A stretch of 64,000 nt of DNA from Clostridia bacterium (GTDB lineage: Bacteria; Bacillota; Clostridia; UBA1212; DUPL01), in the NCBI GenBank assembly GCA_050951325.1, contig JBMNIW010000012.1:1-64000 (forward strand), in the 5' to 3' direction. The translations under genes and the position numbers were made by a program. Under the pieces are notes generated by a model. The model made no database searches. It worked only from the letters and a program-made list of their open reading frames with translations, and was not told the origin of the DNA. Every line of letters starts with the position of its first letter. Position 1 is the first letter of the stretch. Positions 1 to 8,205 of this stretch are shown piece after piece.

Positions 1-61
1 TACGAAGACTAACTATTAAAAGTCAAGGTCTAAAATAAAAAATTTGAAAAAAAGTTCGCCG

Positions 62-184
62 CCCTTGACAAACAGCATTCAGATGCTAAAAAACGCAAGC
101 GAGGGCGACGGAGAGAATAGCAAAGCAAGCCCAACAACCCTCGCAAAAAAATCGTAGCATCTGAATGCTTCGGTTTGTCAAGGG
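62..184. repeat. Long imperfect inverted repeat in the IS110 downstream end
   Basis: cccttgacaaac-agcattcagatgcta (62-88) pairs with tagcatctgaatgct-tcg-gtttgtcaaggg (155-184), with an inner gcgaggg/ccctcgc stem. Confidence 0.85.
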
Positions 185-225
185 TACGCTGCGCCGGCTG
201 GCTTGTAATTTAATTTAGCTCAGGC

Positions 226-1410
226 TCAAGAGAGAATAGCAGTTGGACTGTATGTTTCTCCTGTTGTTTCAAGGTGATATAAAACTCTCACAAGCTTTTT
301 TGCTGCATGTGAAAGTGCAACGTAGTAGTGCTTACCCTCAGAACGTTTCTTTTGAAGATACGCCGCAAAGGTTGGCTCCCAATTGCAAACATAAGCAGCA
401 GCATTGAGCAGTGCCCATCTAAGATATCTTGAACCGCGTTTTTCCATCTTTGCATGGGAAGAGTATAGCTGCCCCGATTGATATGTAGACGGAGAACAAC
501 CTGCAAAAGCAAGTATTTTGTCTGCACTGTCAAAGCGAGAAAAATCACCAATCTCGGCAATAATCATTGCCCCGAGATTCTGACCAATACCGGGAACCCC
601 AAGGATTGGCGAATCAATAGCATCCATAATCTTTTTAATCTCAGCTTCGATTTCGGTTATCTCTAAGGTAATCTCACGAATAAGCTTGATGGTATGTTTT
701 AGCTCCAATGATTTGGCCGGAAGATAAGAACTAATAGATTTTCTCGCAGCTTCACGAATTTCGTCTGCTGTAACTCTTTTAAAGCGACCTTTGGATGAAG
801 TGTTCAGCAAATGTGTAAGATGCTTTAGGTTTGCGGATGCAATGTGCTGGGCACTTGGAAATTCCAATAAAAGCTCATAAACAGCCTTTCCGTGCAGCGT
901 GGATACAAGAGTTTCAAGTTCAGGAAAAAGTATGTTTACAAGCCTTGATACCGATTGCTTCAACTTTGCTCTTTGCATAACTTTATCAAATCTGTATCTT
1001 GTTAATGACTTTAAATCTTCGTTGTGGTACAATTTGTCTGAGTAGGGCTTTAAGCTCACGTCAGACATTATCATACTTGCAATTGTACGAGCATCTACCT
1101 TGTCTGTTTTTGTTTTACGCAGACTGATGCTTTTCCGGCTTAGACTGGTGTACAGCGGATTGATTACGATGGTTGGTAGACCTTTGTTTTTCAAAAATCC
1201 GAGAATGTTGCAGCTGTAGTGTCCCGTGGCTTCAAGTCCTACTTTTACGTTGCCCGAATCTTTCTCTGCACTCTTGATTTTGAACAGCAAGTCTTCAAAG
1301 CCATCCATGTTGTTTTGTATGGTAAATACATCATACAAAATTTCGCCGTCGGAGTTTGCAATAAAGCAGTCGTGCTTGTCCTTTGCAACGTCGATTCCGA
1401 CATAAACCAT
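226..1410 (-). CDS. IS110 family transposase/recombinase (DEDD RuvC-like plus Tnp_20 domain)
   Basis: VGIDVAK, GLEATGHY, KTDKVDA, PGIG and YQSG...KRG motifs. Start taken at MVYVGID (1410) after GGGGGT rather than 1461. Confidence 0.95.
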   Translation of the reverse strand: MVYVGIDVAKDKHDCFIANSDGEILYDVFTIQNNMDGFEDLLFKIKSAEKDSGNVKVGLEATGHYSCNILGFLKNKGLPTIVINPLYTSLSRKSISLRKTKTDKVDARTIASMIMSDVSLKPYSDKLYHNEDLKSLTRYRFDKVMQRAKLKQSVSRLVNILFPELETLVSTLHGKAVYELLLEFPSAQHIASANLKHLTHLLNTSSKGRFKRVTADEIREAARKSISSYLPAKSLELKHTIKLIREITLEITEIEAEIKKIMDAIDSPILGVPGIGQNLGAMIIAEIGDFSRFDSADKILAFAGCSPSTYQSGQLYSSHAKMEKRGSRYLRWALLNAAAYVCNWEPTFAAYLQKKRSEGKHYYVALSHAAKKLVRVLYHLETTGETYSPTAILS

Positions 1411-1663
1411 AATTGATACCCCCAAGTAATTTTTGATGCTGTATCGGATTCCACAGAACACTTTACGTCTTGTAACCTCGTTCTAAATAAACCGTCTCGC
1501 ATCTCCATTTGCTGCGGTATCTAACTAATTAACAAACTCGTAAAGGGCTGTGGTCGGAGCCTCCTTGAAACCGTCAAGCGGTAGGAAAAATGACCAATCC
1601 ACAGCATCCTATACAGTATAGCAGATTTCTTCGTTCTTGGAGAGGAACTATAAAAACTACTAC
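1411..1663 (-). ncRNA. Candidate IS110 bridge RNA (upstream non-coding end)
   Basis: Two stem/internal-loop/stem domains (1547-1605 and 1461-1545). Loop sequences match the target flank and the element ends (see findings). Boundaries approximate. Confidence 0.7.
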
Positions 1664-1687
1664 TTTTATATTATACGAGGAATTTTT

Positions 1688-2104
1688 ATGGCATTCACTA
1701 CTTACGGCAGCACACAGGTGCTAAGCGGACTCATTGGCAGGAGCAGCACAGGGCCTCTCTCAAACTGCTATATTGCGCTTAGCACCACGGCTCCCAATGC
1801 GGACGGAACGAACTTCACGGAACCTTCGTCAGCGGCGGGATATGCGAGAGCGATTATCGGGCTTTCCGGAACAAGCGCGACGCAGGTCATGTCAGCACCC
1901 GCCGCAGGCTCCACATCCAACACCAGCATCATCTTCTTTCCGGAAGCGACTGCGTCCTGGGGAACGGTTACCCACTTCGGTCTCTATACAGCGCAGACCG
2001 GAGGCAACCTGGTGCTTTACGGAACGCTTACCAACCCCATCGCAGTAGCGGCAAATTATGTTCCGCTGTTCCGTGTCGGCAACTTCTCGCTCACGCTTTC
2101 ATAA
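1688..2104 (+). CDS. Phage tail-associated protein
   Basis: YIALSTTAP...GYAR...FPEATASWGTVTHFGLY...GGNL pattern recalled from siphophage tail proteins. RBS GAGG before ATG 1688. Upstream of holin-like genes. Confidence 0.7.
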   Translation: MAFTTYGSTQVLSGLIGRSSTGPLSNCYIALSTTAPNADGTNFTEPSSAAGYARAIIGLSGTSATQVMSAPAAGSTSNTSIIFFPEATASWGTVTHFGLYTAQTGGNLVLYGTLTNPIAVAANYVPLFRVGNFSLTLS

Positions 2105-2116
2105 GGAGGAATATCA

Positions 2117-2272
2117 ATGGATGAAAAGAAAAAGGAGCCGAAGTATCTCGACCTGTCGGCTCACGCGGAAGTAAATCTCGAAGAACTGCTCGAGCGGTTG
2201 ATGCCTCCGAAACATCCGAAACCATCGGAAACCCCGGACAAGGAGGCAAAAGAAAATGACGGTAACAACTGA
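2117..2272 (+). CDS. Small hypothetical phage protein, 51 aa (MDEKKKEPKYLDLS...)
   Basis: Strong AAGGAGG RBS; open frame overlapping the next start; below the ORF-track cutoff. Confidence 0.6.
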   Translation: MDEKKKEPKYLDLSAHAEVNLEELLERLMPPKHPKPSETPDKEAKENDGNN

Positions 2273-2525
2273 AACCATTATTACTGTGGCATCGATTATA
2301 ACCTCGCTTGTGGTTATTTTCGGTGCTATTTTTACGATTTACCGCTGGTATCTGAAACAGGAGAAGCAGGACAAGGACATCAAGGATATTAAAGAAGAGC
2401 AGCTTATCCTCACAATGGGTGTTCTTGCCTGCCTCAAGGGTCTCAAGGAGCAGGGCTGCGACGGTCCTGTTACGGATGCCATCGCCAGTATTGAAGCTCA
2501 CATAAACAAACAGGCACATAAATAA
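2256..2525 (+). CDS. Small single-TM phage membrane protein (holin-associated)
   Basis: N-terminal TM helix then a charged coiled segment; AAGGAGG RBS; coupled to the next gene. Confidence 0.6.
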   Translation: MTVTTETIITVASIITSLVVIFGAIFTIYRWYLKQEKQDKDIKDIKEEQLILTMGVLACLKGLKEQGCDGPVTDAIASIEAHINKQAHK

Positions 2526-2827
2526 TGGAGGAAAAAACCATGACAGACATAATGACCATACCCGCAATTGCGGCGATAGTTTACACTATAATTGATATTA
2601 CAAAAACCGCTTGCGGTGGTGACGAAAAGTTCAAACGCTTCATTCCGCTCTTCTCCGCTCTGCTCGGCGCCGTATTAGGCGTCGTTTCTTTTTACGCTGT
2701 TCCGGGGGTGGTTGAAACGCAGAACATCCTCGTGGCGATTGTGATGGGAGCCGCAAGCGGGCTCTCTGCGACAGGGACGAATCAGGCAGTGAAGCAGCTG
2801 ACGAAGGGCGGGAGCAAGCCTGACTAA
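2525..2827 (+). CDS. Putative phage holin
   Basis: Three hydrophobic segments and GAASGLSATG.NQ motif with basic C-terminus. True start may be 2540 after GGAGG. Confidence 0.7.
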   Translation: MEEKTMTDIMTIPAIAAIVYTIIDITKTACGGDEKFKRFIPLFSALLGAVLGVVSFYAVPGVVETQNILVAIVMGAASGLSATGTNQAVKQLTKGGSKPD

Positions 2828-2848
2828 GTAAATAAAAACTCCTCAAAC

Positions 2849-2887
2849 AAAGCCTACCGTGGATTATTTCTGTGGTAGGCTTTTTTG
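2849..2887 (+). terminator. Rho-independent terminator after the holin
   Basis: agcctacc...ggtaggct stem followed by a T-tract. Confidence 0.8.
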
Positions 2888-2950
2888 TCTCAATGCACCA
2901 AACAAAGCGAATAAAAGCGAAGATAATTCTACCTATTATGGTGCAGCTGT

Positions 2951-2991
2951 TATCACTTATACCCTTGATAAATCTCGTGTTATAAGTGATA
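2951..2991. promoter_or_regulatory. Perfect 11-bp inverted repeat over the probable recombinase-operon promoter
   Basis: tatcacttata-N19-tataagtgata, enclosing TTGATA, 40 bp before the first recombinase start. Confidence 0.5.
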
Positions 2992-3030
2992 TATATGTAT
3001 AGAAACTTTAAAAAAAGGAGCTGTAAAGAA

Positions 3031-3927
3031 ATGAAAAACAGACCACGTCGGGTAGCGGTTTACTGCCGTGTCAGCACTCTCGCCGAGTCACAGGAGGAGT
3101 CCTTTGAAACACAGTGCGCCGCATACGAAAAGATGATCTCAAACGACCCGAAACTTGAGCTTGTACGTGTCTACGGAGATAGGGGAATATCGGGAGCAAC
3201 CATGAAGCACAGACCGGAGTTTATGCAGATGATGGAGGACTGCGAGGGCGGGAAAATTGACCTCATTATAACAAAAAGCATCTCACGCTTTGCCAGAAAC
3301 CTTGCCGATTGCATGGATACCGTTCGCCGCCTTCGGGAGCTTGGCATCTCGGTACTCTTCGAGCGGGAGGGAATCGATACCATGAGCGGTAGCGGGGAGA
3401 TGCTGCTCTCAGTACTTGCCTCCATTGCACAGGAGGAAATCAACAACATGAGCCAGAATATCCGCTGGGCAGCCGAGCGGAACAATGCCTCCGGCAACCC
3501 TACCACTCCCGCACGGTACGGTTACCGTAAAGAACGCAAAGGAACAAAACATATATGGATAATCAACGAGCCTGAGGCACGTAGGGTTCGGTATGCTTTC
3601 GAGAAAGCTGAGGCGGGCTGGAAGTACTGTAAAATTCGCCGGGGGCTTGACGCAATGGAGGCAGCCGAGGGGACTGGGGTTAAGTGGACGCAGTCTCGTT
3701 TATACGGCATGCTTCGCAGTGAGAATTATATCGGCGACATACTGACGAGCAAGCGTTTCAAGCCCGACTATCTGCAAAAGCGGAGCCTGCCCAACAAAGG
3801 TCAGCACCCTCAATATTATATCGAGGGGCATCACGAGGCGATTATAGAAAAAGAGCAGTTTCGGCGGGTGGCGGAACGGATTAAAAATGAAAGGAATAGA
3901 AAAAATGAGCAGAAAACCAACGATTGA
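3031..3927 (+). CDS. Large serine recombinase 1 (resolvase plus recombinase domains, no zinc ribbon)
   Basis: YCRVST catalytic motif, ITKSISRFARN, HHEAII. AAGGAG RBS before ATG 3031. Confidence 0.92.
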   Translation: MKNRPRRVAVYCRVSTLAESQEESFETQCAAYEKMISNDPKLELVRVYGDRGISGATMKHRPEFMQMMEDCEGGKIDLIITKSISRFARNLADCMDTVRRLRELGISVLFEREGIDTMSGSGEMLLSVLASIAQEEINNMSQNIRWAAERNNASGNPTTPARYGYRKERKGTKHIWIINEPEARRVRYAFEKAEAGWKYCKIRRGLDAMEAAEGTGVKWTQSRLYGMLRSENYIGDILTSKRFKPDYLQKRSLPNKGQHPQYYIEGHHEAIIEKEQFRRVAERIKNERNRKNEQKTND

Positions 3928-5404
3928 GGTTATACAGCGGCAAAAGGCAGTAGGCACTACCACAGGCACAAAACCACAGAAAAAGCGTGTTGCCGCCTAC
4001 TGCCGTGTCAGCACTGAATATGAAGAGCAGCAGAGCAGTCTTGAGATACAGATGTCGGCTTTCCGTGAGCAGATTGACGCACGACCTGACTGGAAGCTAG
4101 CGGGGATATACGCCGACCGTGGGATAAGCGGAACACAGGTACAAAACCGCACAGAGTTTCTGCGAATGATGGAGGACGCTGAGAATGGTCTTATAGATTA
4201 TATCATTACAAAGAGTATCAGCCGTTTTGCACGGAACACCCTTGAGTGTCTTTCCTATGTGCGTCACCTGAGGGAGATGGGAGTGTTCGTATATTTTGAA
4301 AAAGAGCGGCTGGACACGAGTAGCAGCACCTCCGAGATGCTACTCTCCATCCTTGCCGCCGTTGCACAGGAGGAGAGCCGGAACATATCCGAGAACATAA
4401 AGTGGAGTCAGCGAAAGCGGTACGCCGAGGGTAAGCCTAAGTGGTCGGCTGTCTACGGTTACCAAAAGATTGGCGAGATAGAGTATATCATAGACGAAGA
4501 ACGTGCCACAGTTGTCAGGCGCATTTTCGCAGAGTATATTTTGGGCGCATCCCTGCCTGAGATATCACGGGGGCTTGCAAGAGATGGCATTTCCTCCGCA
4601 ACAGGCAAGTCCTGGTCTCCCACGGTTCTCGCAAAGATACTCAGAAACGAAAAATACTGCGGCGACGTTCTGATACAGAAAACTTACACGGTTGACCACA
4701 TAACACAAAAACGAGTAGTAAACGACCAAGCAGTTGTGCCCAGCTATTATGTGCGGGACCATCACAAAGCCATAATAGACCGAAAGACCTTCGAGACAGC
4801 ACAAGTTATTCTCTCCCTAAAAAACCGTCACAAGGGGGCGACACAGTACCCGTATTACGGGCGGCTTGCCTGCCCTGTCTGCGGCGAACAAATGGTCAGG
4901 AGCTGCATTCGTGAGCATGGTCACCCGCCGGTCTGGCGGTGCTGCGGGGAAAGCCGATGCCGAGCATATTTTATTAAAGAAAAGTATATTGACAGTGCCT
5001 TCTGCACAGCATATTCTGAGTTGGACACAGAGGCTCTTGAGAGGCAGGCACGGCGGCGTGACGAGAAAATATCAGGGGCGGCACGGGTGGCAATTGGACT
5101 CAAAGAAAAGCTGCCACAGATTGACAGGGTTGAGTATTATCTGCTTGACGCACTTGTGGATCGCATTGTATTTCCGAAGTGGGACACGATGGTGGTTGAG
5201 TGGACTTTTGGGCTTAAAAGTCGGGTGAGGATAGAATACCTAAGAGAAAGTGATATTCCGAACCACAAGGAGCAGCTGAGGTCTGTTGGAAGCCGAAGCC
5301 TGTCTCGGATTGAGGATCGACAAGGAAAAACACTCTCCCCCACGGTGTTTGAGCGTCCTTGTATTTATGGATATGACAGTATTGTGGAAGGAGGGCTACA
5401 ATGA
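3905..5404 (+). CDS. Large serine recombinase 2 with zinc ribbon
   Basis: YCRVST, SISRFARN, CPVCG...WRC. Overlaps both neighbours. Confidence 0.92.
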   Translation: MSRKPTIEVIQRQKAVGTTTGTKPQKKRVAAYCRVSTEYEEQQSSLEIQMSAFREQIDARPDWKLAGIYADRGISGTQVQNRTEFLRMMEDAENGLIDYIITKSISRFARNTLECLSYVRHLREMGVFVYFEKERLDTSSSTSEMLLSILAAVAQEESRNISENIKWSQRKRYAEGKPKWSAVYGYQKIGEIEYIIDEERATVVRRIFAEYILGASLPEISRGLARDGISSATGKSWSPTVLAKILRNEKYCGDVLIQKTYTVDHITQKRVVNDQAVVPSYYVRDHHKAIIDRKTFETAQVILSLKNRHKGATQYPYYGRLACPVCGEQMVRSCIREHGHPPVWRCCGESRCRAYFIKEKYIDSAFCTAYSELDTEALERQARRRDEKISGAARVAIGLKEKLPQIDRVEYYLLDALVDRIVFPKWDTMVVEWTFGLKSRVRIEYLRESDIPNHKEQLRSVGSRSLSRIEDRQGKTLSPTVFERPCIYGYDSIVEGGLQ

Positions 5405-6600
5405 GAATAACAAGAGTATATGGAGAACAGACAAAAAAGCGAGTTGCCGCCTACTGTCGAGTTAGTACCGACACTGCCGGTCAGCAGGAGAGTTATGACA
5501 CGCAAGTGCGTTATTACGAGACGCTTATCCCCTCAAATCCTGACTGGGAGTATATCGGGGTGTATGCCGACGAGGGGCGAAGCGGCACAGGGGTGAAAAA
5601 CCGACCGGAATTTTTGCGGCTTATGAGGGACTCTGATAAAGGCGAAATTGACATTATACTTACAAAGTCCATCAGCCGTTTTGCTCGAAACGTGGTGGAC
5701 TGCCAGCGGTATGTAAAAGACTTAAAATCAAAAGGAGTGGAAGTTCGATTTGAGCGTGAGGGCATCAGCAGCATGGACGCAGGGGCGGATTTCATTTTCT
5801 CCATGCTCTCTATGGTGGCGCAGGAGGAGAGCCGCTCAATCAGCGAGAACGTGAAGTGGCGGTATGAAAAAAACTTTGAAAAAGGCGTCTATCATCTGGG
5901 CAGCGGTCGCATCCTCGGGTATGACATGAATGAGGATGGAAAGTTGATACCAAATGAAGACGCCTGGATTATTCAGAGGATATTTGAAAGTTACGCTTCC
6001 GGGGAGAGTCTTAGCGAGATTGCAGATGACCTTAATATTTCGGGTGCAAAACGACTCCGATGTGACAAGCCATTTGACTCATCCCTTATCTGGCGGATGC
6101 TCAGGAACGAATGCTATGTCGGGGACAGGCTGCTGCAGAAGAACCCGCCGAGGGATTTTCTGACAAAGCGACCGGACGTGAGTACCGAGCATAAAAGTTA
6201 TTATATAAGGGACAGCCACGAGGGTATTATTGACCGGAAGACGTGGGCTGCGGTTAAGGCAAGAATTGATGCCGAAGCCGCCGAGCGTTCCGTGGGAATT
6301 TATCGAAACTGCACTAATACTCATTTCCTATATGGGAAGGTGTTCTGCGCCGAGTGCGGCTCCCCGTATACACGACGGACATTTAAAAACCGGCAGGGTG
6401 AGAGTTACAAAGCATGGAACTGCCGTGAGCGCCAGAGGGGCAAGAAAGGGTGCAAGAATAGCAGTATAAAAGAGGATGTGCTGCTGGGGGCGATAAGCCA
6501 AGCGCCGGGGGTAGAGGAATTTGAGCGGGAGGTGTTTGAGGAACTGGTGGAGAAGGTTTTGATTGATGGAAAGGAGATTAGGATTGAGGTGAGGAGGTAA
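5401..6600 (+). CDS. Large serine recombinase 3 with zinc ribbon
   Basis: YCRVST, SISRFARN, CAECG...WNC...GC. ATGA overlap with recombinase 2. Confidence 0.92.
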   Translation: MRITRVYGEQTKKRVAAYCRVSTDTAGQQESYDTQVRYYETLIPSNPDWEYIGVYADEGRSGTGVKNRPEFLRLMRDSDKGEIDIILTKSISRFARNVVDCQRYVKDLKSKGVEVRFEREGISSMDAGADFIFSMLSMVAQEESRSISENVKWRYEKNFEKGVYHLGSGRILGYDMNEDGKLIPNEDAWIIQRIFESYASGESLSEIADDLNISGAKRLRCDKPFDSSLIWRMLRNECYVGDRLLQKNPPRDFLTKRPDVSTEHKSYYIRDSHEGIIDRKTWAAVKARIDAEAAERSVGIYRNCTNTHFLYGKVFCAECGSPYTRRTFKNRQGESYKAWNCRERQRGKKGCKNSSIKEDVLLGAISQAPGVEEFEREVFEELVEKVLIDGKEIRIEVRR

Positions 6601-6618
6601 AAAAACCGCGTCCTGCTA

Positions 6619-7117
6619 TTAATCGCCTTTTTTGATATCCAGCGACCAACCGCAGTCGCCGTGATAGATCATTTGCCTTGCCATTCCGCCGTCAATGCAG
6701 ATGTTTTCACCGGTGATAAATCCCGCCATATCCGAGCAAAGATATAATACTATATTCGCAATATCAATCGGCTTTCCCACGCGACCTGCGAGATGCTGAA
6801 CGGCGTCCGCCCCCTCATACACCTTACCGGCAGTATCTATCCAGCCGGGTGAAATTGAATTGACGCGTACCCGTCCGGCAAGGCTGCGGCACCTCTGAGC
6901 CGGGGGATAGCAAATGCCTCGTATGAGGATTTTGAGTATGCTCTGAAGGTCGGAGTTGCAGCACCCTTTTATCTTGCAAAACTTTTCATGCCCTACTTTG
7001 CCGAGGGAGCGTCGATTGTTAATATTTCCGCGCGACCGCATGAGTCAGTCACAAACCGAAAGCTACACAGCGGCAAAGGGAGGTATTTCCGCGCTCACTC
7101 ACGTGCTGGCTGTGTCG
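6619..7117. pseudogene. SDR-family oxidoreductase pseudogene with an inverted internal segment
   Basis: C-terminus SLAGRVRVNSISPGWID...FITGENICIDGG on minus (6619-~6885). Preceding part GIANASYEDF...IVNIS / RDRMSQSQTESYTAAKGGISALTHVLAVS on plus (~6887-7117) with a frameshift. N-terminus not found. Confidence 0.85.
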
Positions 7118-7186
7118 TTTTTGAAAAGACCTTGATAATCGGTAATTAACTTTCTTATGCCATCTGCTGTTGATTCAAAGTTAATA

Positions 7187-8083
7187 TCATATTATCACCA
7201 GAGGTGTAAGGATTGGAGTATTAAAATCTTTCATTATCTTTCTGGTATCTTCTACCATTAAGTCAAATATCGTTTTTTGATCTCCTTCACCAACAGGCCA
7301 ACGAAATCTCTTCCCCTCAAATCCCTTTAACAGAAGAAAATCGTCAATTGGCAATACGTAGGCAATATCACTAATATCACCTATCTGGATTTTCTTGGGT
7401 TCCAGATTCCAAACCATTCGAAAATGCTTTCCGTCTTTTATCTTACGCGCAAAACGATTTTCTTCTAACTCACCAAAGACCATCCTCAGTTCCTTCTGAT
7501 AAGCATAAGCATTATTCTTTTCAAATAAAGGGCTAGTTGCTTTCGTCTCAGAGAAATCAAAGAACCGTATCCGGTCCAACATAAAAAGAAAAATATCGCC
7601 ATACTCATCTATGAGAGACTGCCCTACCCGCCGCAAGAAGGAATCGAAATCGCAGATTATTACAGCTGTATCTCCGAACTGTTTCATTCTTTCATCGGGT
7701 TGAACAAAGAAATCCGTATTTGGATCATGTTCAAGACAATATAGGCTATAAATCTTCATATACTGCGCTTCGTGCGAATAAATAAACGACACCTGCTTAA
7801 CTACTTCCTTGAAGCCGGGGTCTGCTCCTTTTAGGAGCTCACAGTTTTGGATATCGGTGGTCACCGAAACAGTACCCTCATGGATATCACCTCTGAAGTT
7901 GTTATTTAATACTGAGTTATCTGTATTCGAATTATTCTTATTCCAAATACCAAAGTCGTGCAGAGGGCGCATAAAGATTTCACCTTGCATCAATTTATCA
8001 GCCCATTGCTTATCTGTCACCTTTACTGGGATAAACTTTTGGTGTGTTTTTATATCCTTACCCTTTTCGCAGGCATTTAACAT
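7187..8083 (-). CDS. Hypothetical protein, 298 aa
   Basis: Long ORF with GGGGAG RBS; no family confidently recognised. Confidence 0.75.
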   Translation of the reverse strand: MLNACEKGKDIKTHQKFIPVKVTDKQWADKLMQGEIFMRPLHDFGIWNKNNSNTDNSVLNNNFRGDIHEGTVSVTTDIQNCELLKGADPGFKEVVKQVSFIYSHEAQYMKIYSLYCLEHDPNTDFFVQPDERMKQFGDTAVIICDFDSFLRRVGQSLIDEYGDIFLFMLDRIRFFDFSETKATSPLFEKNNAYAYQKELRMVFGELEENRFARKIKDGKHFRMVWNLEPKKIQIGDISDIAYVLPIDDFLLLKGFEGKRFRWPVGEGDQKTIFDLMVEDTRKIMKDFNTPILTPLVII

Positions 8084-8205
8084 CAGTTTTACTCCCCATT
8101 TTCTTTATCTACATACTGAGCCCCTCTGATATCCGCTCCTCACGAATAGTCAGATGCATCTTATCACATTGTAATTTGATGTTCCTATCATACTTTTAAA
8201 TTGAC

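Larger units (their letters stand above)
6..1679 (-). mobile_element. IS110-family insertion sequence, apparently complete
   Basis: Contains an IS110 transposase and has no long terminal IRs. Dinucleotide AG (CT on minus) sits at 6-7 and 1678-1679. Joining the ends at this core gives TTGACT-N17-TATAAT on the minus strand. Confidence 0.85.

Noticed and set aside
1-5. TACGA at 1-5 and 1674-1678 as a 5-bp target duplication of the IS110
   Set aside because: The CT core gives a 17-bp promoter spacer and fits the ACGAG loop match, so it is preferred. Not fully excluded because the window starts here.
1637-1687. N-terminal extension of the tail gene in the ORF track
   Set aside because: It lies inside the IS110 end; the RBS supports ATG 1688.
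6619-7041. 140-aa ORF as an intact SDR
   Set aside because: Its first 50 or so residues are the antisense reading of the inverted segment.
8100-8205. atcttatc as another copy of the 27-kb repeat at the far end of the operon
   Set aside because: Only an 8-bp AT-rich match; needs PWM scoring.
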